IMG/VR virus record: IMGVR_UViG_3300029913_000001
Source of the DNA: a virus
Lineage: Duplodnaviria > Caudoviricetes
Length of the DNA: 64,000 nucleotides
Direction: 5' to 3' (one strand)
Part shown: positions 37,870-47,011 of the stretch, in pieces
Layout of the letters: each line of letters begins with the position of its first letter
Numbering within the stretch: position 1 is the stretch's first letter
Notes under the pieces: generated by a model
Seen by the model: the letters and a program-made list of their open reading frames with translations, nothing else
Told to the model about the DNA's origin: nothing
The model's database searches: none
Translations under genes and position numbers: made by a program

Positions 37870-39409
37870 AAGATGTTAGGGAATTTTTAGTCTTTTTTCC
37901 GGTATTCCTACTAGGTGTACCGGAAAATTTTTGCCAGTATGCAGTATAGTGATCTATTAATTTCATAGCCTTACCATAATCACTGGTTGAAAAAATATCC
38001 TCGATAATGTCTTTTAAATACAGTCGATCATAGTACATCATTGGTTTATTACCTTTTGCAAGAGTTGATAATGCCGCCGGATAAAGCCCAGAGTCATATT
38101 TCTTATTGCATTCTATTACAGTCATAATATGCATATATACATTATGTGCCATTTGCAAAGCGTAACTAAACGAATCAAACGAAGTCTTTCCGATTTTGCC
38201 TAACTTATTTAGATCCGTTGGCCCGTATGAACAAATATCATGCCCGGTTAATCGAGCACTAATCGGACTGTCGATAAATTCGTCAAATATACCATCTTGT
38301 TCGAGAATATCTTTTAAGGATCGCATGTCGGTTGAATATTTTTTATCATCGATAAACGGCGCAACAAAAAAAGTCCAATCATCTTTAGATGCATCGAATA
38401 ATTTATAATAAATTGTGGCAAACGTCGAAGAAAGGAACGGTGTTGCGCAATCATAACTAAGCGTTATTTTTGGATTATGATATTTGCGCAATGCTTTCTG
38501 CACATCTGTTAATAACAAACTCCATTCTAAATTGCTATTGCCTAAAAAGTGAATCCAATCGTGAATGCCGGGTTCCAAAAGGCCATCAAATCTCTGCTGA
38601 ACCAACATCTTTAGAGCTAGGTGAGGATCCGCAGATGTCTGACTACCATAGGCCCAGCCATTAAACGGAGATTCATATTGTTTCGGATCGCAATATTTCT
38701 TTACTTGCTTATACCAATCTTCTGCTTCGGCGTGTGTATTTCCCTGCAAAATATTAAGAAATTTACACGACCCGTTTCGATTTCGCATAAAATATTCGTT
38801 ATTAATTTGCGTTGCCTTAACTGCGTCTGCATATGTATTAATGCCTGTTAACTTTCGAACTCGATCTTTCTTCACAATAACTGGACTAACATCAAGTGTC
38901 ATCCCGTATTGTGCTTTTAGATTGCAATCCATCCAATTCAAAACTTGTTTACGTTTTGCCCCAGCCCTAGGACAATTAGGATCTTTCCAATCGCCGGACC
39001 ATTTTTCATTTCCGGATAGAATCTGAAACCCGCCACTATCGGCTAGAATAAAATCAGTTTGATCCCGCTCATATACCATCGATTCAGATTGTGCAATTTT
39101 TGTTAAATCCGTGTGCCCGGCTGAATAAAGATTATGACTATAATTAAAATAACCATTCTTTTTATCTAACCAATTTAAACCATCAATTGATCCGTTGAAT
39201 CCGACAGGAATTCTAGACGGATCAACCTCACCACGAAGATGATATTTTTGTCGTCCGATATATCGTATAAAAAATGTGCTAAGTGCAGGCAAATATAATG
39301 AATACTTCGCTAATCCGGTTTTTGGATCAAATAACTCTTTATCAATATTATGCTGTGAAAATTCCACTATGTTGCCACCTGTATCGGTAATACTCGAACT
39401 GTTTGCCAA
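37850..39409 (-). CDS. dpdA: DpdA-like DNA-guanine transglycosylase (TGT fold)
   Basis: LADSGGFQI, MTLD, LNILQG, GWAYG, HFLG and SYDCATPF motifs; clustered with folE and queE. Confidence 0.75.
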   Translation of the reverse strand: MANSSSITDTGGNIVEFSQHNIDKELFDPKTGLAKYSLYLPALSTFFIRYIGRQKYHLRGEVDPSRIPVGFNGSIDGLNWLDKKNGYFNYSHNLYSAGHTDLTKIAQSESMVYERDQTDFILADSGGFQILSGNEKWSGDWKDPNCPRAGAKRKQVLNWMDCNLKAQYGMTLDVSPVIVKKDRVRKLTGINTYADAVKATQINNEYFMRNRNGSCKFLNILQGNTHAEAEDWYKQVKKYCDPKQYESPFNGWAYGSQTSADPHLALKMLVQQRFDGLLEPGIHDWIHFLGNSNLEWSLLLTDVQKALRKYHNPKITLSYDCATPFLSSTFATIYYKLFDASKDDWTFFVAPFIDDKKYSTDMRSLKDILEQDGIFDEFIDSPISARLTGHDICSYGPTDLNKLGKIGKTSFDSFSYALQMAHNVYMHIMTVIECNKKYDSGLYPAALSTLAKGNKPMMYYDRLYLKDIIEDIFSTSDYGKAMKLIDHYTAYWQKFSGTPSRNTGKKTKNSLTSFNNLYE

Positions 39410-39561
39410 AAACCACCGCCGTTATAATATGCTATATATTCTTGCTGAATTTCAACCGGTTCTAGCCAATAAACATATCGTGTTTTGGGATCGGTAATTT
39501 TTAAAAATGCAAATTTAACTTTTGACCGTACGGCTCCGTATTCAACTTCTTTCCAATGCAT
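39367..39561 (-). CDS. Small hypothetical protein
   Basis: ATG after AGGA; overlaps the dpdA 5' end. Confidence 0.45.
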   Translation of the reverse strand: MHWKEVEYGAVRSKVKFAFLKITDPKTRYVYWLEPVEIQQEYIAYYNGGGFWQTVRVLPIQVAT

Positions 39562-39607
39562 ATTTTTCCTTTCTTTTAAAAGAAGGGGGATAAATCCCCC
39601 TTAATCT

Positions 39608-40339
39608 TTATTTCGCTAGCGAAAGTACTGTATATTGATGAACCGCGAGCCCAGTTGTTACCTTAATCTCCATTGCGCCGGCATCCGCAATTGAAAGCAC
39701 CTTATCTCCGGTTAGACTCAAAATTGCTAACACGTTTGACAGCGGCCATTCACGGGGTGTCTTAATGGAGCCAGTAACTCCGGCGGCGAACACAAATTCA
39801 CCAGTATGCGAACTATGATCGCCTAAGACAAGGCAAAGATTTCCATTTGATACAGATGCGGTAAATGTATTTGCGCTGCCTGCGGCCTGAGTCTGAAATT
39901 TCAACCGTTGAATTGCATTATCGGTTGGTACGATTGAAATATTCCAAGCAATTGCCTTACGAGTCTTAGAAGGTAACTGCTCTTCAACTACATCTCGGCT
40001 CATGAATCGATAATCGTTTCGGAAATCTCGAGATGCATTCGCAAATGAAATACCAACGGGAACATCTGTTCCATTAACCGTCTGCTTCGTTACCGTAATG
40101 AATGCGTTTTCCTTATATTCTGGAATATTTAAAATAGTATTAAGACGACCTAAATCGTGCAAACCAAAAACCCCTTCTAATTCAGGAATTGGCTGCACAA
40201 ATTGTGAATTAAGAACAACCGTTTTGTCTGCGGCCATTGCATTAAGCTCGGTAGCAGTATCGGTGCCAGTAACCTTAACTAGATCAAGAAAACCTAGAGC
40301 ATGGGAGTATGCGATTATTTCGCGTAGTGTGTCAATCAT
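39608..40339 (-). CDS. Sliding clamp (gp45-like)
   Basis: MIDTLREIIAYSHALGFLDLVKVTG...FG..DL..L...NDYRFM; next to the polymerase; AAGGA RBS before ATG at 40339. Confidence 0.6.
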   Translation of the reverse strand: MIDTLREIIAYSHALGFLDLVKVTGTDTATELNAMAADKTVVLNSQFVQPIPELEGVFGLHDLGRLNTILNIPEYKENAFITVTKQTVNGTDVPVGISFANASRDFRNDYRFMSRDVVEEQLPSKTRKAIAWNISIVPTDNAIQRLKFQTQAAGSANTFTASVSNGNLCLVLGDHSSHTGEFVFAAGVTGSIKTPREWPLSNVLAILSLTGDKVLSIADAGAMEIKVTTGLAVHQYTVLSLAK

Positions 40340-40373
40340 TTTTTCCTTATGAAAATACAAAAGTTTATAATTT

Positions 40374-40402
40374 ATTATAACGTAAAGTTAGAGTAATGTC
40401 AA
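40374..40402 (-). promoter_or_regulatory. sigma70 consensus promoter
   Basis: TTGACA-17 nt-TATAAT. Confidence 0.9.
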
Positions 40403-40413
40403 GCAATTTCAAC

Positions 40414-41622
40414 TTATTCAAAAAAATCAAAAAAGGTATTAATTTTACGAGTCCCTTCTTCTATTGCTTTCCATATTGGTAACTTTCCCAAGAGATTTTC
40501 TAACTTTTTATCTACCACCGCGGCAATCATTGCATCATTGTCAAATGGTAGTTTAGTAAACCAATCCGGTAGATGGGATTCATCTGTTGGATAAGCAACC
40601 GAAGTCATATTCAGTTGATTCTCTTTTAAAGGGCAAACCACACACTTCTGCCCATCAACGATACGAGTATGAACATTATCGTTATTCATTTTTCTTAATG
40701 AATTCCAATTAATTGCCGCTCTGACGTGTCCAGGAACTCGATTACCTTTTCCTTGTGCAATTTGGTCCGCATAAAATGTTAGCTTGTTGACACGCTTCGG
40801 TGTACCTTGCTCATGTAATGGCAATGCTTTAAACTTATCCTTGAATATATTAATTTTTGCTGTTAAATCATCAACTGTTTTACCTTGTAGTAAATCCATT
40901 AATATTTCACTTAAAAATTTCTGGCAAACTTCCGGGGTATCACTGCGACGCAAATCTAATCCCATTGCTTTTAATTTTAAATGATCGTCACCATAAAACT
41001 TACCATCTTTAAAATAATTAAGAATTGCATATCGTTTTTTAGTAATATATAAACCACGATAACCTACTGATTCGCAAGATGATTTAATTAATTGACCAAA
41101 TTTATCCGGACAATTATACGATCTCTTCATATAATCGGCGTAAGAATCGTTAACTTGCTCTCCAATCTTCAAATATAGCTGAACTGCAATATCTCGATTC
41201 CATTCAACTTGACCTTCATCTATCATATCTTTCATCACTGGCCAAGCCGAAAATTGAGTTGAATCTGTATCCCCATAATGAATTGCTCTTCCTAGATAGT
41301 TATATTCTCCAGTTATACATTCATTAACAAACGAACTCTGATGCCTTACAATTCCCCTACCGGTTAAAGTAACCGATTGCCCTACACGTTTGTCAAAAAA
41401 ACGAGAACTTGGTTGGAGCAGCGTTCCATATGTCGCATTGAGTAGGAGTTTTTTTGCGTGCTGCAATCCATCATAATATTCTACCTGTTTTTTAATTTCC
41501 GATATGTTTTTAGAAAAAATTTTTCCATTTCGGATTTCAAGATTATTATTTGTTATAAATTGTTTAATATCCGAGATATTTCCATTAACAAATAACTCCC
41601 GAAGTTTTTTTACTTCCACCAT
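40414..41622 (-). CDS. gp43: Family B DNA polymerase, C-terminal subunit
   Basis: Motif B KLLLNATYG, motif C YGDTDS, KKRYA and GLDLRRSDTP; own AAGGA RBS. Confidence 0.93.
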   Translation of the reverse strand: MVEVKKLRELFVNGNISDIKQFITNNNLEIRNGKIFSKNISEIKKQVEYYDGLQHAKKLLLNATYGTLLQPSSRFFDKRVGQSVTLTGRGIVRHQSSFVNECITGEYNYLGRAIHYGDTDSTQFSAWPVMKDMIDEGQVEWNRDIAVQLYLKIGEQVNDSYADYMKRSYNCPDKFGQLIKSSCESVGYRGLYITKKRYAILNYFKDGKFYGDDHLKLKAMGLDLRRSDTPEVCQKFLSEILMDLLQGKTVDDLTAKINIFKDKFKALPLHEQGTPKRVNKLTFYADQIAQGKGNRVPGHVRAAINWNSLRKMNNDNVHTRIVDGQKCVVCPLKENQLNMTSVAYPTDESHLPDWFTKLPFDNDAMIAAVVDKKLENLLGKLPIWKAIEEGTRKINTFFDFFE

Positions 41623-42803
41623 ATATGATCCTTATTATAATTATACTCAGATAATGGCATCATTACAACACCTATTTCCTTTAATGTTTTACCACCATAT
41701 ATTTCCGAAAACCTAATTCGTTCAGCAAATTTCCTTTTAGTGGTGCCGGGAATAACAAAATTTAGTATTGATAAATCCCTGGGACTATGATTTTGCAAGG
41801 CACACCGTGATTTCATATACTTTAAAAAATCACCAAGTAAAAAATAATAATTTTCAAAATTAGCAACAATTACTTTTTCCAATGATGTGCCCGCTACTCG
41901 ATAATATGTATTTGAAAAATCTTTCTTCCCGATTAATTTAAATTTTTTATCACGAATATCTAATACTCTTTTATTATTTGGATTATTCGCAGTTGCAAAC
42001 CCTTTATTTTTAAAAATTCTTCCTTCGATAAATCCTTCAGGACGTGGCGCATTTTCATTAATTCTTAAAGTTTCCCCGGTAGTATTATTTGACACCCATC
42101 TTGATTCTGTTATATATGAATAATCGGTGTGTTTTAACCAATCGGGGTATCCCTTAACAAACCCAGGTAAAATTTCATGCATTTGTGCTACTTCTCTCGT
42201 TTTAGGATTATACTGCCATATTTTACCAGTAAAATTCCGGCTGCATAAATCCTTTGACTCTTGGGTACGCACTCTACCTGTTTGAAAAGGCTCCCACTCA
42301 TCTGATTGAGATCCAATCGACATACGTAATAACTCTTTGGTTATTTTATGACGATAAATATTCGTATCCGCAAATAATTTCGACATATAATCACGCTGTT
42401 CTTGTGTTCGCACTTTCCCGGTATTATTTTCAGATATTAGTTTTGCAAATTCTATACGAACGGCCTGATATAACCGGCAGTTAGTAATTCCTCTAGATTT
42501 TGAGACACGGCGCATCTGATTAAATGAGTAAATACAACTGCGATCACGAATTGATTTAAATAATAGATAATGTAGAAGATAATGAGCTTTAGGTTCAACA
42601 ACGATAATATTCCAGGATTCATGCTTATATTCAGGAAATATCGCCACCGGCAAAATATGATGTTTCTCTACTGAACCCAAACCCGATTTGACTAAATCCT
42701 GCGGTAAAAATTTTAGCAATTTAAAATATCGAATAAATTGTCTTTCGTTTTTAACTTTTCCGGTATTGCGAAACATATTTTCCATGTAAAATAAATCGAA
42801 CAT
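41610..42803 (-). CDS. HNH homing endonuclease (Mob-like) between the polymerase halves
   Basis: EKHHILP...N...AHYLLHYLL, NUMOD-like RTQEQRDYMS repeats and GFxxGR motifs. Confidence 0.85.
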   Translation of the reverse strand: MFDLFYMENMFRNTGKVKNERQFIRYFKLLKFLPQDLVKSGLGSVEKHHILPVAIFPEYKHESWNIIVVEPKAHYLLHYLLFKSIRDRSCIYSFNQMRRVSKSRGITNCRLYQAVRIEFAKLISENNTGKVRTQEQRDYMSKLFADTNIYRHKITKELLRMSIGSQSDEWEPFQTGRVRTQESKDLCSRNFTGKIWQYNPKTREVAQMHEILPGFVKGYPDWLKHTDYSYITESRWVSNNTTGETLRINENAPRPEGFIEGRIFKNKGFATANNPNNKRVLDIRDKKFKLIGKKDFSNTYYRVAGTSLEKVIVANFENYYFLLGDFLKYMKSRCALQNHSPRDLSILNFVIPGTTKRKFAERIRFSEIYGGKTLKEIGVVMMPLSEYNYNKDHIWWK

Positions 42804-42835
42804 TTAATAATCCCTATATAATGTTTTTATCATAG

Positions 42836-42900
42836 TGAACTACCGCGATTCAATGCGTTCTAACGCACGTGAAGTACACACGGGCTTGACTCGTAAAGCC
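42836..42900 (-). other. Four abutting hairpins directly after the stop codon of the polymerase N-terminal half
   Basis: Minus strand: GGCUU/AAGCC, CGUG/CACG, UGCGU/ACGCA and UGAAU/GUUCA stems with 0-1 nt spacers. Confidence 0.65.
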
Positions 42901-42901
42901 A

Positions 42902-44557
42902 CTAAGAGGAAAGAGCATCAATTAAATTATCTGGTATCGTTATACCAAATGATAAATCTACAAATTCTTCTTTTTTTGCTTGTAGTTCTTTTCTTTCTGC
43001 ATACCATTTAGCTAATAATCCAGGAATAATCGCTTCTTGATCATAACTAAAAATTGTTCCGTTACCACTTAGCATCCATTTCTGATCGCTATAAAAAATG
43101 ATATCATAAATCTGAGAAGCTGAAAGAGTATCACTTGTACCTGTTGATTCCCAATCAATAATAATATCTACGCCAGGTTTTCGATCAATAACCGCCTGAT
43201 ATTCTAGAGTTGAAAAAACACCCTCCCACGCATGAGAATAAGTCATGCCTTTTTGTGACATTTTTTCAGCAACAAATGCCTCTGTAAGTGTGGGGCGCAA
43301 CTGTCCAATAATAGTTTCTATTCCCATGTTTAATGCACGAATTGTACTAGGATATAGTGAATTAATATCAATTACACCTAGCCATTCGTGAATTCCTACT
43401 TTTGGATCGGCTACATATGCGCCTACTGCGGCTGGCTCGTCATCGTCTTTCTGAGAACTATATTTTGGTTTATTTGGAACAATCATACCCAAATCATGGG
43501 CTCTATTAATAATAGCCTGGTCTGTTTTGGCTACGGTTCCCATACAAGTAGGTAAAAGAGTGGTTGTATCATGGGCGACAACATTAATAAGTTCAATAAA
43601 CTTTAATTTATTGTCTAACTGCTCCAATAGATTAACATCTTGCCTATTATATCTAATAAATAATTCAAAATCATTATTATATAAATCATCTAATGAACCT
43701 TTATATTCAGTCTTACTACTTCCTAATTCATATTCAGCAATAGAATTTAATGAATATGAATGACGTTCTTCATATGTGAATTTTCGGTATAAATCCATCA
43801 TATCGATATGAATCTTGCCAACTAATTCATACGTCTTAAATTCTTTACCATATTTTTCAACTACTTTAGCCTTTGGTTTTTCATTCCAGGATAATTCACA
43901 TAATCTACGAGTATCATCTTTACTCATCACTCGTTGGATTCGATTAACAAGATATGGAATATCGAATCCTTCGCTATTCCATCCTGATATAACATCGCTG
44001 TCTTCTAATATATCGAGAGCGGCATTAAGCATATCAACTTCATTATCGAACACATATGTGTTCTCGAATTTATTTGCTATACTCTGCCCCTCGTCGAAAG
44101 TAATAGTTTTAGGTGGAATTGCTACAGTAATTAGTTTATTACACCAAACTAGATCAATTGTAATTGCGGTTATTTTATTAAAGGGGTCCTCGATGGGCGA
44201 GTATCCCTTATCCTTATCGAAATCAACTTCGATATCGATAAGAGCAACATGAAGATCAGGAGCGGGCTTACCTTTATAATTTTCCGATAAACATTTAAAA
44301 GTAAGATTTAAATCTGACTCCCAAATCTTTTTATCTGTACCTTTAAGGATCGCTAGTTCTTTGTAAAATTCACTAGAAGTTTTAGGGGTAATTTTTGTTA
44401 GAGGCGTATTATAAATTGATTTATAAGACCCATTCGGATCATCGATATAGAAACTATAATCGACAGGATAATTATTGAACACTCTCTTGCCATTGACTCG
44501 TTCGATAACTTCAATACGATCATTCTTACGATCTATTCTAGCTGTAATATATGACAT
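42902..44557 (-). CDS. gp43: Family B DNA polymerase, N-terminal subunit (3'-5' exonuclease and motif A)
   Basis: DIEVD, GWNSEGFDIPY, YNRQDV, DINSLYPS and KWYAERK motifs. Confidence 0.95.
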   Translation of the reverse strand: MSYITARIDRKNDRIEVIERVNGKRVFNNYPVDYSFYIDDPNGSYKSIYNTPLTKITPKTSSEFYKELAILKGTDKKIWESDLNLTFKCLSENYKGKPAPDLHVALIDIEVDFDKDKGYSPIEDPFNKITAITIDLVWCNKLITVAIPPKTITFDEGQSIANKFENTYVFDNEVDMLNAALDILEDSDVISGWNSEGFDIPYLVNRIQRVMSKDDTRRLCELSWNEKPKAKVVEKYGKEFKTYELVGKIHIDMMDLYRKFTYEERHSYSLNSIAEYELGSSKTEYKGSLDDLYNNDFELFIRYNRQDVNLLEQLDNKLKFIELINVVAHDTTTLLPTCMGTVAKTDQAIINRAHDLGMIVPNKPKYSSQKDDDEPAAVGAYVADPKVGIHEWLGVIDINSLYPSTIRALNMGIETIIGQLRPTLTEAFVAEKMSQKGMTYSHAWEGVFSTLEYQAVIDRKPGVDIIIDWESTGTSDTLSASQIYDIIFYSDQKWMLSGNGTIFSYDQEAIIPGLLAKWYAERKELQAKKEEFVDLSFGITIPDNLIDALSS

Positions 44558-44563
44558 ATAACT

Positions 44564-44592
44564 ATTATATAACCGCTATCTATAGTTGTCAA
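44564..44592 (-). promoter_or_regulatory. sigma70 consensus promoter for the polymerase
   Basis: TTGACA-17 nt-TATAAT. Confidence 0.9.
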
Positions 44593-44596
44593 GAAA

Positions 44597-44857
44597 TTAC
44601 TTTCTACCAACACTGTCTAGAATCTTTTCAAGATCATCTAAATCATCTTTCTGGGAAGCAAAATCACCTTTTTGTGCACGAGTAATTGCACTTTTAAGTA
44701 ACTTGGCAGGTATTTCCAACTCCTCTGCAATTGCTTTTACAGTGTCAGATAAACCTTCTTTTAGTGATTGAATCTCATCCTGTGTCCTAACACCGTCTGT
44801 GATCAAATCCTTTAATCTTTGAATTTCTGCTGGGCCAAAACTTGCGGGTAATGCCAT
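44597..44857 (-). CDS. Small DsbA/GapR-like dsDNA-binding protein
   Basis: RLKDLITDG...LKEGLSDTVKAIAEEL; promoter TTCACA-17-TATAAT at 44879-44907; AAGGAG RBS. Confidence 0.55.
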   Translation of the reverse strand: MALPASFGPAEIQRLKDLITDGVRTQDEIQSLKEGLSDTVKAIAEELEIPAKLLKSAITRAQKGDFASQKDDLDDLEKILDSVGRK

Positions 44858-44918
44858 TAGCGTTTCTCCTTATAAGTAATTATACAGCATATACGTATTA
44901 TTGTGAAGATATTAATTA

Positions 44919-45509
44919 TTATATTGTATAGTGGAATTTATTCGGCATATTTTTCTTAATATCAAAATCTAAAAAATTATCTAATTGATTTTTATATTCG
45001 TCGTATGATACGGCTATATAATTTCCATGTATACATATTTCCATTGATTTTTTAAGAGCAATTTTAATATTTGTGTTATTGTATTTCAACGTCGATACAA
45101 ACTCTTCGGGCGACAAATTTTCTAACTCCTGCTTCGATAATTTAAGTTCTTCATGTAAATCAGCATACCGGCAAAAGGAAAAATCAAAACCATTAATGGG
45201 AAAAATAATATAAGGGTTTCCATAATACTCAGTTGAAAAATAGTCACTTGCGCAAAAAATACTATTTGATCGTAATGCCTTAAACCCGGCGGCACGCAAC
45301 TTACTATCAATTAACTCTTGCAAATCAAGAGTAGTATCCATCGGCTTTCTATTAATAGGTGATTGACCGTTAATTATAGATTTCTCCGATTTAATTCCTC
45401 GGAACAAAACCTTATTACATGAACGAAATATTTTTAAAATATTCGAGCAGTCTGATTCGATTATATAAGAAAATTTACTAAGAGACCCATCAAATTCTAG
45501 TAACTTCAT
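44919..45509 (-). CDS. ALRSNSIFC-family ART-like protein, copy 1
   Basis: MKLLEF leader; LFRGI, ALRSNSIFC, YGNPYIIFP and MEICIHG motifs. Confidence 0.7.
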   Translation of the reverse strand: MKLLEFDGSLSKFSYIIESDCSNILKIFRSCNKVLFRGIKSEKSIINGQSPINRKPMDTTLDLQELIDSKLRAAGFKALRSNSIFCASDYFSTEYYGNPYIIFPINGFDFSFCRYADLHEELKLSKQELENLSPEEFVSTLKYNNTNIKIALKKSMEICIHGNYIAVSYDEYKNQLDNFLDFDIKKNMPNKFHYTI

Positions 45510-45519
45510 TTTACCTTCC

Positions 45520-46377
45520 TTACTCGTCATCGTCTTGATCTTCATCACCTTGAAAAATAGGAACTTGCCCTAATAATTCTAATTGATCTGATTTTAACCA
45601 GCAACTCGATTCACAGTCATATCCGTACGTAAATTGTGTTGCTCCATCATAACCAGCATAACTATATGACCCGAAATTATAATGATGAATGCAATCAAAA
45701 TGCTTCTGTAATTCTTGCCAAGGAAAATCTTTTTTAATCAAATCATCCGGAGACCCGTATGATTTTATTCGTTCCCATTCTGCAGGATCTAAATATGCTG
45801 AATTACCACGGCCCAATTTTTCAAAAATTTCATAAATTATTTTTGCATCATCGGTTGAATCTAATTCATAAACTACAGTGTTCGGCTTAACCTTGTATAC
45901 ATAACCTATTTTACTTTGCCTAGATATTCCCAAATCTCCCATTCCATAGGCTTGTATAAATTTATTCCATCCGCTTGTCCACTTACCATTTGGTAATTTC
46001 TTAGCGGTACTTGTCCATAAAATTGCCCCAACTGGTTTATTATTTCCGGGTAATACCGGGGAGCCGCCGGCTATAACAGGAGCGCCCTCGTTTAAATTTC
46101 TAGACTCCATCGCAGTATCAATATAATTTTTCGCCCAATCGGTAAGATTCCCCTCATCGTCGTATGAATATTTTGCCCTATCTTTAAGTAAATAATCTGA
46201 TCTTTCTTTTTTCGTAGTATATGATACTGATTTTCTGGGTATAAAAAGCTGAAGTGTTCCGTTAGGAGCAACCGTAGTGCCATGTTTTTTGTAATATTCT
46301 AGGGATTCTCTAGCAGCTTCTATTGGATCATATATTGCTTCAATTTTTTTCTTTTTTGCAAATTCATCTATTCTCAT
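45520..46377 (-). CDS. Hypothetical protein with MRIDEF leader, possible ART-like C-terminal domain
   Basis: Internal LNEG site; LWTST...YGYDCES. Confidence 0.6.
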   Translation of the reverse strand: MRIDEFAKKKKIEAIYDPIEAARESLEYYKKHGTTVAPNGTLQLFIPRKSVSYTTKKERSDYLLKDRAKYSYDDEGNLTDWAKNYIDTAMESRNLNEGAPVIAGGSPVLPGNNKPVGAILWTSTAKKLPNGKWTSGWNKFIQAYGMGDLGISRQSKIGYVYKVKPNTVVYELDSTDDAKIIYEIFEKLGRGNSAYLDPAEWERIKSYGSPDDLIKKDFPWQELQKHFDCIHHYNFGSYSYAGYDGATQFTYGYDCESSCWLKSDQLELLGQVPIFQGDEDQDDDE

Positions 46378-46389
46378 TAAAATAGCTCC

Positions 46390-46543
46390 ATATCAATGAT
46401 ATATCGCAGGTAAGGCAGCGACATTCTAATAATCTATTACTCCATTAAGCGGCTACAACTCGATGATTACCATCAATTAAATAATCTTTTCTGTTCCATT
46501 ATTTAACAATAATATTGTTCACGTTAAACTCATCAAATCTCAT
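46390..46543 (-). pseudogene. Remnant of a ParB/Srx-like gene with MRFDEF leader
   Basis: One frame reads MRFDEFNVNNIIVK*WNRKDYLIDGNHRVVAA*WSNRLLECRCL, with two in-frame TAA. Confidence 0.65.
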
Positions 46544-46544
46544 T

Positions 46545-47011
46545 TCATACCTCGCCTGGAATAACTAAAATTTTCGGATATGGCTCAACCCCACATATTT
46601 TAGCTGCATTTAACCGAGTGTTCCCTGCCGTTAATACTCGTTGACCATAATGTTCTATTACCATCGCCATAGGAATTGCATCGTTATTTTCAAATCCTCT
46701 TGCAATTCTAAATGGATCTCTAACATAATCAGAATAATACAAACTTATATCTTGCATCATCTGCAAAGAACTACCATTTGTCAATCTAGAAATTGAATTA
46801 AAATTATCGTATGACAGACGTTCAATTTTGCCCCGTAAAACCGCTAGTTTAGCATTTTTCCAGGTAGACCAGCAATTAATATCTGGTAATCCAATTACAT
46901 CAGGATAATCTCTGTCATTTAAATGTTTGAGATCAAATTCTTTCCGCAACTCGGTATCATTAGGCAAACGCCAATTATCATAATGAATTTGTTTAATTTC
47001 AAAAGTCTCAT
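46545..47011 (-). CDS. ParB/Srx-like protein; 5' end frameshifted in a T-run
   Basis: PMAMVI...LTAGNTRL; ATG at 47011 overlaps the upstream TGA; one extra T restores MRLFEIKQIHYDNWRLP in frame. Confidence 0.65.

Noticed and set aside
41610-42900. Group I intron or intein in the polymerase
   Set aside because: No recognisable P7 or terminal-G context, no Cys/His-Asn intein ends, and the C-half has its own RBS and ATG.
32207-46501. Stop-codon reassignment suggested by in-frame TAA and TGA
   Set aside because: TAA, TGA and TAG all end clearly intact core genes (gp23, gp21, portal, folE); the few internal stops fit local mutation or error.
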